Shown piece after piece: positions 1 through 9,192 of a stretch of 64,000 bases of DNA (positions are counted from its first letter, which is position 1; every line of letters starts with the position of its first letter). The position numbers and the translations under genes are program-made. Source of the stretch: Desulfobacteraceae bacterium (lineage in GTDB: Bacteria; Desulfobacterota; Desulfobacteria; Desulfobacterales; JAABRJ01); the NCBI GenBank assembly GCA_022340425.1, contig JAJDNY010000162.1, forward strand, positions 11,632-75,631, given 5' to 3'. A model generated the notes under the pieces. It ran no database searches and had not been told where the DNA came from. It was given only the letters and a program-made list of their open reading frames with translations.

Positions 1-112
1 TAAAAATCACCACGTCCCTGACCGGAAGCATCGGCAAAACATCGGGGAGGTCCTTGAAATCTTCGCTTTCCTCGATGATGCTGATTAAATCGTCCCTGTC
101 ACTTTCAGCCAT
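1..112 (-). CDS. lon: Lon protease, first 37 codons only (gene runs off the left edge)
   Basis: Not in the ORF track because it is open at the window edge. The reverse strand from ATG 112..110 (GGAG upstream) reads MAESDRDDLISIIEESEDFKDLPDVLPMLPVRDVVIF. The LPxLPxRDxVxFP start is typical of Lon N-termini. Confidence 0.5.
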   Translation of the reverse strand, partial: MAESDRDDLISIIEESEDFKDLPDVLPMLPVRDVVIF

Positions 113-437
113 GCTCGCTCCTATGGGGGATTTTGACCCTTTTCGGTGAAAACTTCGGAGACCTCCCCGCGGTTGTCCGCCAAAAGGGTTTGATTCAACA
201 AATTTTTATAATAAGACTTTTATGCCTTCTGACAATGATTCAGATAGGATTTTTTGCCCGGACCTTACAATATTGCCAACCGATATGCAATTGGCACCGC
301 CAATCAAGGCGCAGCCGGCGCCTGTCGATAGAAACCCTTGAGACGCGGGCCGCCTGCGGACCGAGCCCCATGGAGGCGCTGACGGACTTTCCGCCCTCCA
401 TCCACACCGCCATTCAAAAAGGACAGACCCCGCAACG

Positions 438-1214
438 ATGCCATTACCCATCGCCCCCGAACTTCCGGCCTTTATTCTGGGTGCCTGTATCGGCAGCTTT
501 CTCAATGTCTGCATCTACCGCATACCGCTCGCCCGATCGATCGTCTCCCCGGGCTCCATGTGCCCGCGCTGCGGAAGCCCGATTCGCTTCTACGACAACA
601 TCCCGATTTTGAGCTACCTCTGGCTGAAAGGCCGCTGCCGCCAATGCCAGGCCCGGGTGTCGCCCCGCTACCCCCTGGTGGAGCTCCTGACCGCCCTGCT
701 TTTCACGGCCGTTGCCCATCGCTTCGGCGTCTCCATCGAGGCCGCGATTTACATGGCATTCAGCGCGGCGCTGGTGACCATCACCTTTATCGACATCGAC
801 CACCGCATCATCCCGGACCGGATTTCCCTGCCCGGCATTGGGCTGTGCTTCCTGGCGGCCCTGACCCTGCCCCACATGGGCTGGCAGGCGTCCCTGCTGG
901 GCATTGTGGTTGGCGGCGGCAGCCTTTTTGTGGTAGCCTGGACTTACAGCATGCTGACCGGAAAGGAAGGCATGGGCGGCGGCGACGTCAAACTGCTGGC
1001 CATGATCGGCGCGCTCTTGGGATGGCAGGGGGTGATTTTCACCATATTTTCGGCCTCATTGCTGGGCACCGTGGTCGGGCTGGGGGTTATGGTGCATGCC
1101 CGCAGCAACCTCAAACTGGCGGTTCCCTTCGGCCCCTTCCTGGCCACCGGCGCCTTGGCCTATATTTTCATGGGCCGCGAACTGGTGGCCTGGTATTTTG
1201 GATTGATGCGCTAG
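438..1214 (+). CDS. pilD: Type IV prepilin leader peptidase / N-methyltransferase (A24 family)
   Basis: 258 aa. N-terminal CxxC...CxxC (CPRCGSPI...CRQCQARV), multiple TM segments, and GGGDVKL plus a second Asp region typical of PilD/A24 peptidases. Confidence 0.85.
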   Translation: MPLPIAPELPAFILGACIGSFLNVCIYRIPLARSIVSPGSMCPRCGSPIRFYDNIPILSYLWLKGRCRQCQARVSPRYPLVELLTALLFTAVAHRFGVSIEAAIYMAFSAALVTITFIDIDHRIIPDRISLPGIGLCFLAALTLPHMGWQASLLGIVVGGGSLFVVAWTYSMLTGKEGMGGGDVKLLAMIGALLGWQGVIFTIFSASLLGTVVGLGVMVHARSNLKLAVPFGPFLATGALAYIFMGRELVAWYFGLMR

Positions 1215-1280
1215 ACGCTCTGGGGAGAATCGCCCCACTTCCGGCGGGCTGCCATCCCGGACGACAGGAACCTTAAACCC

Positions 1281-2006
1281 ATGCGCCTTGCGGTCTTATC
1301 CGACATCCACGCCAACCTCGAAGCGTTCCAGCAGGTTCTAAAGGACATCGACCGGGCCGACATCGACGCCGTCGTCAGCCTGGGGGACAACATCGGCTAC
1401 GGGCCGGATCCCAACGCGGTGATCGACCTGCTCCAGCAGCGCCGGATCCCCTCGGTAATGGGAAACCACGAACTGGCGGTGGTCAGCCCCCGGCATCTGG
1501 GCTGGTTCAACCCCCTGGCGCGCCGGTCCCTGCGCTGGACCATCGAGAGGCTTTCAGAGCCATCCCGGGACTTCATCAGCCGCCTGCCGGGGGTTTTGAC
1601 GCTTTACGGCTTGCGGTTTGTCCACGGCTTCCCGCCGCGGGCGATCACCACCTACCTTTTCCAGGTTTCGCCGCAGCGGATCTTGAACACCTTCCAACGC
1701 CTCTCGGAGCCCCTCTGCTTCATCGGTCACACCCACGACCTGGAACACCTGGAATACGACGGTCACGACGTCTCACGCCACCCCCTGCGGGAAGGCGGCG
1801 TCGCGCTTCGCCCGGAAAACCGCCACATCCTGAACATCGGCGCCGTCGGCCAGCCGCGCGATGGCGACAACCGGGCCAAATACGTGATCTGGGACTCCCT
1901 TGAAAAGGTCCTCACGGTGCGTTTCTTGGCCTACGACATCGCCAAGGTGGTACGAAAAATCAAGGCCGCCGGGCTCCCCGAAGCCCATGCCGATCGGCTT
2001 TGGTGA
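1281..2006 (+). CDS. Metallophosphoesterase (calcineurin-like, YfcE/MJ0936-type)
   Basis: 241 aa. Motifs LSDIHAN, GDNIGYGP, GNHE and GHTH match the metallophosphoesterase signature. Confidence 0.75.
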   Translation: MRLAVLSDIHANLEAFQQVLKDIDRADIDAVVSLGDNIGYGPDPNAVIDLLQQRRIPSVMGNHELAVVSPRHLGWFNPLARRSLRWTIERLSEPSRDFISRLPGVLTLYGLRFVHGFPPRAITTYLFQVSPQRILNTFQRLSEPLCFIGHTHDLEHLEYDGHDVSRHPLREGGVALRPENRHILNIGAVGQPRDGDNRAKYVIWDSLEKVLTVRFLAYDIAKVVRKIKAAGLPEAHADRLW

Positions 2007-2066
2007 GCGCCACCCCAAAAAGCGCGGGATTGGCCCCAGGACCCGCCCCGCAAAAGAAAAACCGCC

Positions 2067-3416
2067 ATGCAGACCATTGGAAAATACCGCATCCGCGGCC
2101 TTCTCGGACGCGGCGCCATGAGCCGGGTCTACCGGGTTGAAATCCCCACGATTCGAAAGACAGTGGCCCTCAAGCGCCTGGAACCGGACCCTATGCTGGT
2201 GGCGTTGATGGGCGCTGAAAAAATCCGCCGCTTGTTCGTTTCCGAGGCGGTCACGATGGCGGGCCTGCGGCACCCCAATGTGGTCGCCGTCTGGGACTTT
2301 GGCGAAACCCAAGGGATCCCCCACTACCTCATGGAGCATTACAGCCACAACCTCGGCGAGATGATCGGGGAATCCTACCGTGTGGAACGCCCGTCGCGTG
2401 CGATACCGGTGGACAAGGCGCTTCACTACCTCCGCGGGGTGCTAAGCGGGCTCGCCTGCCTGCATTACGCCGGCATCGTCCATCGCGACATCAAGCCCTT
2501 CAACATCCTGATCACGGAGCAGGACACGGCCAAGATATGTGATTTCGGTCTTTCCAAGCTGAGGGGGGAAACGTTTGCGGGACCGCAGCAGCTAAAGGTC
2601 GGCTCGCCCTGGTATGCGGCTCCGGAGCAGGAGGCCGACCCGAACGCCGCGGGATTCAGCGCCGATGTCTTTTCGGCGGGGGTGATGTTCTACCGGATGC
2701 TGACCGGGGTCCTGCCCATGGCGGAGCCCATGCCTCCCAGCCGGCAGCACCCCGACCTTGACGCCATCTGGGACGCGTTCATCCTCAAGGCCATTGCCCC
2801 GAACCCGGATGCGCGCCATGGCGACGGCCGCCAAATGTTGGCGGCTTTGGCCGATCTTGAAACCCACTGGGAAAAGCGCAAAGAAGCGGTCTGTCGCCTG
2901 CCACCCGACCCCCCGGGTCAATCCCCGACCGCGAAGCACGCGCCGCGGATACTGCGAAAAACGCCGCGCAAGGTGGCCCCAAAAGAGGCGCTGGCGTTTT
3001 TCCGGCTCGATCCCCTCTGGCGGCCCCTCAGCATCAGGCCGCGAGCTTTCAGGCAGAAAAGCGCGGGCATCATCCTGGACGCCGAAAGCGGCCTGGTGTG
3101 GCAAACTGCCGGCACACCCTACCCCCTGACCTGGCATCAGGCCGCAGCCTACGTGGAGCATCTGAGAGCCGAAGGCTTCGGCGACAGGCAGAACTGGCGC
3201 CTGCCGACGGTGGACGAACTGCTTACGCTGGTGACCGATCTCCCCCGCAACCGCGATTTCTGCCTGGACCCGGTGTTCGACCCCGAACAGCGCTGGGCGT
3301 GGAGCGCGGACCGGCGGTCTTTCGTGGCAGCCTGGTGCGTCAGCTTCGATCTGGGGTACGTATCCCCCCAGGACTTCACCGACCTGAACTTTGTGCGCGC
3401 GGTGGCCGACGCTTGA
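2067..3416 (+). CDS. Ser/Thr protein kinase with C-terminal DUF1566-like (Lcl C-terminal) domain
   Basis: 449 aa. Hanks kinase motifs (GRGAMSRVY, HRDIKPFNIL, DFGLSK, APE). The C-terminal ~110 aa contain WRLPTVDELLTLV, typical of DUF1566. Confidence 0.8.
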   Translation: MQTIGKYRIRGLLGRGAMSRVYRVEIPTIRKTVALKRLEPDPMLVALMGAEKIRRLFVSEAVTMAGLRHPNVVAVWDFGETQGIPHYLMEHYSHNLGEMIGESYRVERPSRAIPVDKALHYLRGVLSGLACLHYAGIVHRDIKPFNILITEQDTAKICDFGLSKLRGETFAGPQQLKVGSPWYAAPEQEADPNAAGFSADVFSAGVMFYRMLTGVLPMAEPMPPSRQHPDLDAIWDAFILKAIAPNPDARHGDGRQMLAALADLETHWEKRKEAVCRLPPDPPGQSPTAKHAPRILRKTPRKVAPKEALAFFRLDPLWRPLSIRPRAFRQKSAGIILDAESGLVWQTAGTPYPLTWHQAAAYVEHLRAEGFGDRQNWRLPTVDELLTLVTDLPRNRDFCLDPVFDPEQRWAWSADRRSFVAAWCVSFDLGYVSPQDFTDLNFVRAVADA

Positions 3417-3440
3417 CACCCTCGGCGGGCAGGACCAAAA

Positions 3441-3941
3441 TCAGGCCAGGGCCGCCAGGGCCGCCGTGTAATCCGGCTCCTCGGCGATCTCCGGCACCTG
3501 CTGGGTATAGCCCACCGTTCCTTTTTCATCCACAATCACCACGGCGCGGGACAGCAGGCCCTTCAACGGGCCTTCTGCAATGGTCACCCCGTAGCGCTCA
3601 CCGAAGCTCCCGGTGCGAAAATCAGAGACCGATACGACTTCGTTGAGGCCTTCGGCGCCGCAAAAGCGGGCATGCGCGAAGGGCAGGTCCCTGGAGACGC
3701 ACAGTACCACGCAGTTCTCCAGTTTGCTGGCCTCCTGGTTGAAGCGTCGCACCGAGGTGGCGCACACCGGGGTGTCAACGCTGGGAAAGATGTTCAGCAC
3801 CACCCGCTTGCCCTTGAAATCGGAAAGGTTGACATCGGAAAGGTCCGTTTTGGTCAGGGTGAAGTCCGGCGCCGGAGCGCCAACCTTCGGCAGATCGCCC
3901 TGGGTGATGATTGGTGTGCCTTTGAAGGTGATTTGGGCCAT
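3441..3941 (-). CDS. tpx: Thiol peroxidase (atypical 2-Cys peroxiredoxin Tpx)
   Basis: 166 aa. [12 protein letters not shown] peroxidatic-Cys motif, with full-length similarity to Tpx. Confidence 0.9.
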   Translation of the reverse strand: MAQITFKGTPIITQGDLPKVGAPAPDFTLTKTDLSDVNLSDFKGKRVVLNIFPSVDTPVCATSVRRFNQEASKLENCVVLCVSRDLPFAHARFCGAEGLNEVVSVSDFRTGSFGERYGVTIAEGPLKGLLSRAVVIVDEKGTVGYTQQVPEIAEEPDYTAALAALA

Positions 3942-3961
3942 GGTTTATCCTTTCTCTGATG

Positions 3962-4930
3962 TTAGGGCCGGTAACTGCCGGTCAGGGTCTCAATGGTCTT
4001 GGCGCTGGAGGCTTCTTGCAGCAGACTGAGCGCGGCGCCGAGAACCTCCAAATGCCGTTTACGGTCCCCCGGCGGTCCCAGGGGACGTCCCATCACGTGC
4101 GGGGTCAGCAGCACCCGGGGCAGATGCATCTTTTCAAGCTGGGCGCGGAACACTTGGCTGGCAACGATCACCGTCGCGATCCCGCTGGCTTCCATCAGTC
4201 TGGCGACATGTCCGACCGACATGTGACAGACCGGTCAGACGGGTACCAGCAAGAGGGCCTCGACCTCTTTTTCCTGGAGCAGGGCCACCCATTGGGGCCC
4301 GCTTTGCTTCAACAGCCGGATCTGGGAGCAGACTCCCATGAAGGCGTAGGCCGCGTCGGTCAGGGCCCCGATTTTACCCTCGGCCCGCAGCTGACGCAGG
4401 CCGTCAATGGGCAGGACAACATTGTGGTCGGCCTGGGCGCCGCGAATATCGTAGCCTCCGTGGCGCACCCGCAGGCGCTGGGGCGGGGTGTCGAAAGGGA
4501 TGGCTGAAAGGGTCGGCGGCGCCTTGATTATCTCCATGATCTTGGCAACCGCCATCTCCTGGGTCATGTCGGCGATTCCCAGCGGCCGGGGGTCGTCCCC
4601 GGCCACGAAGTGCCCGCTGGAGGAGATCAGCGCCATGCGGGCCGCGGTGAGCGGTTTGGCCAGCACCGTGAAGGGGCCGTCGTCGTAGGCGAACTGTTTG
4701 GCCTCGGCATAGCCCCTGGCCTGCCATTCCAGGACGTGGTCGATCACGCGGCCAAAGTCGCCGTCGTCCAGGGCCGCGCCCAGTTTCAAGAGAAGCAGCC
4801 GGAAAAACTCGGCCGCCTCCTGATCCGGCAGGCTCTTCAAAAACTTGAAGTTCAGGTCAGTGCGCGACCCATAAGCGAAGGAATCTTTGAACTCCGTCAG
4901 GCTTTCGCTTTGGGAGGAGGATGTCGTCAT
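3962..4930 (-). CDS. Selenoprotein of the glycine/sarcosine/betaine/D-proline reductase B (GrdB) family; in-frame TGA at 4237..4235 read as Sec
   Basis: Track ORFs 4235..4930 and 3962..4222 are in the same frame. The junction reads ...LLVPV-[TGA]-PVCH-MSVGHVARLMEASGIATV..., which is a U-x-x-C motif. A hairpin follows the TGA. GGYD, the D.N.V.P...L..EG.IG region and the GI(A/P)TV region fit my recollection of the GrdB family. The joined CDS is 322 codons. Confidence 0.72.
4198..4231 (-). promoter_or_regulatory. Candidate bacterial SECIS stem-loop
   Basis: The RNA after the UGA is CCG-GUCUG-UC-ACAUGUC-GGUCG-GACAUGU-CGC-CAGAC. It has a 5-bp outer stem, an internal loop, a 7-bp inner stem and a G/U-containing apical loop about 20 nt after the UGA. 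Confidence 0.5.
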
Positions 4931-5121
4931 GGCGCCTCCATTGGGGTGTGAACTGTCGGTCTAGGCACGTGTAGGTCTCAAATCTTAAGATCGGCATGGC
5001 GGAGGTACGGTCAAGCGCACCAGGGGCCACCGGTCGCTGCCGGCGGCCCGTCAATCAGGCCAACGGGCGGGAGGTGCTGCTTGAAGGCGACCCAGCGCCT
5101 GCACGAACGCCGGGGGGCGTT

Positions 5122-5346
5122 TCAGGGTTTGTAGTTGGCGATATCCTGGACGAAGCTTTCAAAATCGTGCCAGCGCAGAAAGCGGGATATCATCTCCCCC
5201 ACCTTGTCGGCCGTGTCCACCCGATAACGACCGCTGGCATCGCGGCCAGCAAGGGCCTTGGCGTTTCTCACAATCGCCTGCAAGCTCTCGGCGGTCATCT
5301 CGACAACCGCATTTACCGCTATCGTCTCCCTCGTTTCCTCTGGCAT
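5122..5346 (-). CDS. Hypothetical 74-aa protein
   Basis: ATG with a GAAAGGGG RBS-like stretch upstream, and GC3-rich codons like the neighbouring genes. I recognise no motif. Confidence 0.4.
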   Translation of the reverse strand: MPEETRETIAVNAVVEMTAESLQAIVRNAKALAGRDASGRYRVDTADKVGEMISRFLRWHDFESFVQDIANYKP

Positions 5347-5434
5347 GGAGCAGCCCCTTTCAAAACGCAGCGGACATTAATCCCGATCGACTGACGGACC
5401 TCAGCGCCAAGCCCGCCGCTGGCCGACGTAGCCT

Positions 5435-5635
5435 TCAGCGCAGGCCGGCGCGACCGTCGTCACAGGGTTCGCCGCCGTCCTCCAGGCGGGAGTGTTCGGC
5501 GGTCTGGGAAACCCCGCAGACCGGCAGCGGGTCGATCGGCTTCATCGGCTGGCCGCAGCAGACGGGCGCCTGCTCGGCATCTCCTTCATTTTGCCGTTGA
5601 CATTTCGGACACTCGTAAGTAATCCCAGCACTCAT
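5435..5635 (-). CDS. Small Cys-rich (zinc-ribbon-like) protein, 66 aa from the internal ATG
   Basis: MSAGITYECPKCQRQNEG...VCCGQP...PVCG. It has a CxxC plus further Cys residues. The track ORF starts at an upstream TTG (5707), which I consider less likely. Confidence 0.4.
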   Translation of the reverse strand: MSAGITYECPKCQRQNEGDAEQAPVCCGQPMKPIDPLPVCGVSQTAEHSRLEDGGEPCDDGRAGLR

Positions 5636-6004
5636 GGCATTCTCCTCAAAAACCCGGTTTAATGGGGTCCCGCGGCCGGGACGGTGAAAATGCCTTAGGA
5701 CCTCCAAAGATCTTTACACCAAAAAATAGGCAAACCCCGTTGCCTTGTCAATCCCGCGGGTTTTCCCCCAAACCCGCTGGGACCTAAATTCCCTATCAAT
5801 CTCGCGTCCCCTTGTTTTTGACATTTCGCTGACAATTGTGTCATTAGAAGTCTTAAACGCTTGCCCTACCCCACGCCCCCGACAGGGGGCCGGCACCCCG
5901 CAGAGCCGGTCGGGGCGCCAGTGCCTCGCCCGCCGCCCCGGTGCCGGGCGTGGTGAACCGGCGGCCGCGCATCGCAATCCCCCAACCCGAAAGGAGAGAA
6001 CCCT

Positions 6005-6475
6005 ATGGCCAAAAAAATTCTGATCGCGATCGACGATTCTGAAAACGCCCGACGGGCGGCCGCATTTGTCGCCCAAACGTTCACGCCCGACAGCCGCATC
6101 ACGCTTTTCAGCGTCCTGCCCGACACGGCTTCCATTTGCGAAATGGACAGCCCCGAACTCACCCCCTATTTTGTAACCCAGCAGACCTCTTTTTGCACCA
6201 TCGAAGCCAAAAAGCGCGAACTGATCGAAAACGCCCTGGCCGGTGCCAAAAAAGACCTTCTGGCCGCGGGCTTCGACGCTGACGCCATCAAGATCAAAAT
6301 GGAAGCCAAGAAAAAGGGGATCGCGCAGGACATCGCCGCCGAGGCGCAGACCGGTTACGATGTCGTGGTTCTCGGCCGGCGGGGCATCTCGGGCATCAAG
6401 GAGTTTTTTTTGGGCAGCATATCGCAGAAGGTCATCAATGCCGTAAAGGACGTATCGGTGGTATTCGTCAATTGA
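6005..6475 (+). CDS. Universal stress protein (UspA family)
   Basis: 156 aa. KILIAIDDSE at the N-terminus and VVLGRRGISGIKEFFLGSISQKV at the C-terminus form the ATP-binding Usp signature. A GGAGA RBS is present. Confidence 0.85.
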   Translation: MAKKILIAIDDSENARRAAAFVAQTFTPDSRITLFSVLPDTASICEMDSPELTPYFVTQQTSFCTIEAKKRELIENALAGAKKDLLAAGFDADAIKIKMEAKKKGIAQDIAAEAQTGYDVVVLGRRGISGIKEFFLGSISQKVINAVKDVSVVFVN

Positions 6476-7289
6476 TGGCACCATCGACGGGAGCCTGGAA
6501 AGCCTGGCGGTAGCCAGCAATCGGGCGCAACGTCTCCCGGGTCAGCGGCAGCCGCTCGTGGCCGCCGATGATCAGGATTCCACCGGGAGCCAGAACGCCC
6601 AGCACCTTCGCAAAAGCCTCGGACCTGCCCGGTTCCGCCAAGTAGGTAAGGATCGAGTTGCGCAGAAAAATGAGATCGTACGGGCCGCCCGGCGGCCCGG
6701 CGCGCAGGTCATGCATCCGCCAGAGGATGCCTTGTCTGATGGCGGGGCGCACCACCCAATGCCGCCCGCCGCGCAGCATCGTCAGCCCCGCGGCGCGCTC
6801 GGCAGGCCTCATTTCCCGGAGGCTGGCGGCAGCGTAAACACCCCGGCGGGCGGCCGCCAGATGATCGGGGTTCAGATCGGAACCCAAAAGCTCCAGAACG
6901 GCGTTCATCCCGGACGCTTGCGATGCCAATAGGGTCCAAAGAATCTTGAATGAGTAAGTTTCCTCGCCACGGGCGCAGCCGGCCGACCAGACCCGATACG
7001 AGGCCCCAGGCGGCCGGGCGCCCACCCACTGCGGCAGCTGCGCCTGGAGGGTATCCCACAAGCGCCGGTCCCTGAAAAACCGGCTGATGGGAACCGTTAG
7101 GCATTTTTCGCACGCGCTCCTGACGGCCGCATCCGCCGCCAGGCAGGCCAGGTAGGTGCTCATCTCCCGGCAGCCCAGGACCTGCATGTGCCGGACGATG
7201 CGTTTTTTTGCCCCCTTGCGCACCTTGCGGTAGCCGGACCAACTGAAACGGAGTAATTCCAGAAGGCTTTGGAAGTGACCATCATCCAT
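6468..7289 (-). CDS. CheR-type SAM-dependent protein-glutamate methyltransferase
   Basis: FFRD, VWSAGCARGEETYS and DLIFLRNSILTYL motifs. The start is placed at the internal ATG (MDDGHFQSLLELL). The upstream 67 codons in the track look non-coding (Pro/Gly/Arg-rich). Confidence 0.7.
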   Translation of the reverse strand: MDDGHFQSLLELLRFSWSGYRKVRKGAKKRIVRHMQVLGCREMSTYLACLAADAAVRSACEKCLTVPISRFFRDRRLWDTLQAQLPQWVGARPPGASYRVWSAGCARGEETYSFKILWTLLASQASGMNAVLELLGSDLNPDHLAAARRGVYAAASLREMRPAERAAGLTMLRGGRHWVVRPAIRQGILWRMHDLRAGPPGGPYDLIFLRNSILTYLAEPGRSEAFAKVLGVLAPGGILIIGGHERLPLTRETLRPIAGYRQAFQAPVDGAIN

Positions 7290-7638
7290 CAGGGCCGTCC
7301 TCGGAAAACCCAAGTGCCCGGGGAAAAAAAGCCGGGAAACGGCCTGCCGGCCGCTGCCTGTGGGCCGACCCGAAGCCTGCGCGTTCGAGGACGGCCCTGC
7401 GGGAGCGCCCCGCCAGCACACCCGCCTTCCCCGCTCCATCCAGCGGCTCGAACCACACGGCGGGGCAGCCGCTGCGTCCCCCGGTACCATTTTCGTGCTT
7501 AGCGGGTGAGGGCGCAGAAGGCAAGCGCTGTCTTAAAGGCGGATCTCTGCCGCAACACCCCCGCGGGGTGAGGCGCCGCCGGCCAGCCGCGCCCAGGCGT
7601 GCTCCAAAGCCATTTCGCAACCATCGAAAGGGGACAGC

Positions 7639-9186
7639 ATGAAGGCAATCCTGGATGAATTCCAGCTGACCGGCGAACACTCCGGCGTCGGCAGCGGGGC
7701 GTGGTTGGCCGCCGAAGGGCGGACCCTGGAGGTTCGCTCCCCCATTGATAACGGGGTGATCGGGCGCGTTCGCACCGCCGCCCGTAGCGATTATGAAACC
7801 GTGATCAGCCGCGCACAGAAGGCCTTTGAAAGCTGGCGCACGGTTCCGGCCCCCAAACGCGGCGAAATCGTGCGCCAGATCGGGGAAGCCCTCAGAGCCC
7901 ACAAGCAGGAACTGGGCGCACTGGTGAGCCTCGAAGTCGGCAAGATCCGGGCGGAAGGCGCGGGTGAAGTCCAGGAAATGATCGATATCGCCGATTTCGC
8001 GCTGGGGCAGTCCCGTATGCTATACGGGCTGAGCATGCACAGCGAGCGCCCGGACCACCGCATTTACGAGCAGTGGCATCCGCTGGGCCCGATCGGGGTG
8101 ATCACGGCCTTCAATTTCCCGGTGGCGGTCTGGGCGTGGAACGCCATGATCGCCCTGGTGGCCGGAAACACCGTGGTCTGGAAGCCCTCCTCAAAAGCCG
8201 CCTTAAGCGCGATCGCCGCCACCAAGATCGTCTGGGAGGTGCTGGAGCGCCAGGATCTGCCCCAGGGGATCGTGAACCTCGTGGTGGGCGACCGCGAGGC
8301 CGTCGGAGAGCCCCTGGCCCACGACCGCCGCCTTCCGCTGATCTCCGCCACGGGCAGCGTCGCCATGGGCCGTGAGGTGGCACGCGCGGTGGCGGGCCGG
8401 CTGGGCCGCAGCCTGCTGGAGCTGGGCGGCAACAACGGCATCATCGTCACCCCCAGCGCCGATTTCAAGCTGGCCGTGCCGGCCATTGTTTTCGGCGCCG
8501 TCGGCACCGCGGGCCAGCGCTGTACCAGCACGCGGCGCCTGATCATCCATGAGTCGATCTACGAGGCCCTCTCGGCCGCCCTGGTCCAGGCCTACCGCCA
8601 GGTGACGGTGGGCAACCCCCTTGCGGCCGGCACCCTGATGGGGCCCCTGATCGACCGGGCCGCCGTCCGCAGCATGCAGGACGCCCTGGAACGCCTGGAG
8701 TCCGAGGGCGGCAAAATCCTTTACGGCGGGCGCCCGCTGACCGAGCCGCCCTTGGATACCGGCACCTACGTCGCGCCCTGCATCTGCGAGGCCCGGGCGG
8801 ACACCCCGGTGGTGGCCGAGGAGACCTTTGCGCCGATTCTCTTCCTCATGCGCTACCGCAGCCTGGAAGAGGCCGTGGCGATTCACAACCAGGTGCCCCA
8901 GGGGCTTTCCTCGGCCATCATGACCACCGACCTGCGCGAGGCCGAATTTTTTTTGAGTCAGCGGGGAAGCGATTGCGGTATTGCCAACGTCAACATCGGG
9001 ACATCGGGTGCGGAAATCGGCGGGGCCTTCGGTGGCGAAAAAGACACCGGCGGCGGCCGGGAGGCCGGCTCGGATGCCTGGAAGACCTACATGCGGCGCC
9101 AGACCAATACGATCAACTGGTCCAGCCGACTGCCCCTGGCCCAGGGCATCAGGTTCGACATCGGCATCGAGGACTCCGGGCAATGA
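7639..9186 (+). CDS. NAD-dependent aldehyde dehydrogenase, ALDH7/piperideine-6-carboxylate (alpha-aminoadipic semialdehyde) dehydrogenase-like
   Basis: 515 aa. ELGGNN and the catalytic-Cys region GQRCTS are present. The N-terminal region (SPIDNGVIG...PAPKRGEIVRQIG) resembles the ALDH7 subfamily. Confidence 0.8.
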   Translation: MKAILDEFQLTGEHSGVGSGAWLAAEGRTLEVRSPIDNGVIGRVRTAARSDYETVISRAQKAFESWRTVPAPKRGEIVRQIGEALRAHKQELGALVSLEVGKIRAEGAGEVQEMIDIADFALGQSRMLYGLSMHSERPDHRIYEQWHPLGPIGVITAFNFPVAVWAWNAMIALVAGNTVVWKPSSKAALSAIAATKIVWEVLERQDLPQGIVNLVVGDREAVGEPLAHDRRLPLISATGSVAMGREVARAVAGRLGRSLLELGGNNGIIVTPSADFKLAVPAIVFGAVGTAGQRCTSTRRLIIHESIYEALSAALVQAYRQVTVGNPLAAGTLMGPLIDRAAVRSMQDALERLESEGGKILYGGRPLTEPPLDTGTYVAPCICEARADTPVVAEETFAPILFLMRYRSLEEAVAIHNQVPQGLSSAIMTTDLREAEFFLSQRGSDCGIANVNIGTSGAEIGGAFGGEKDTGGGREAGSDAWKTYMRRQTNTINWSSRLPLAQGIRFDIGIEDSGQ

Positions 9187-9192
9187 CTGGTG

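Noticed and set aside
133-1276. Track ORFs 133..612, 206..514, 444..875 and 560..1276 around pilD
   Set aside because: 133..612 spans the AT-rich divergent lon/pilD promoter region and runs into pilD out of frame. The others are alternative frames of pilD with Arg/Pro/Gly-rich nonsense composition.
5122-5707. Possible additional selenoproteins, because both small ORFs end in TGA
   Set aside because: I translated past each TGA by hand. The extensions are short (for example U-RLRRPAAGLALRSVSRSGLMSAAF-stop) and Arg/Ala-rich. They have no nearby Cys partner and no hairpin comparable to the one at 4198..4231.
5818-5846. Promoter for usp (TTGACA, 17 nt, TCATTA)
   Set aside because: The -35 is perfect but the -10 candidate lacks the conserved A2 and T6, so it is too weak to list as a feature.
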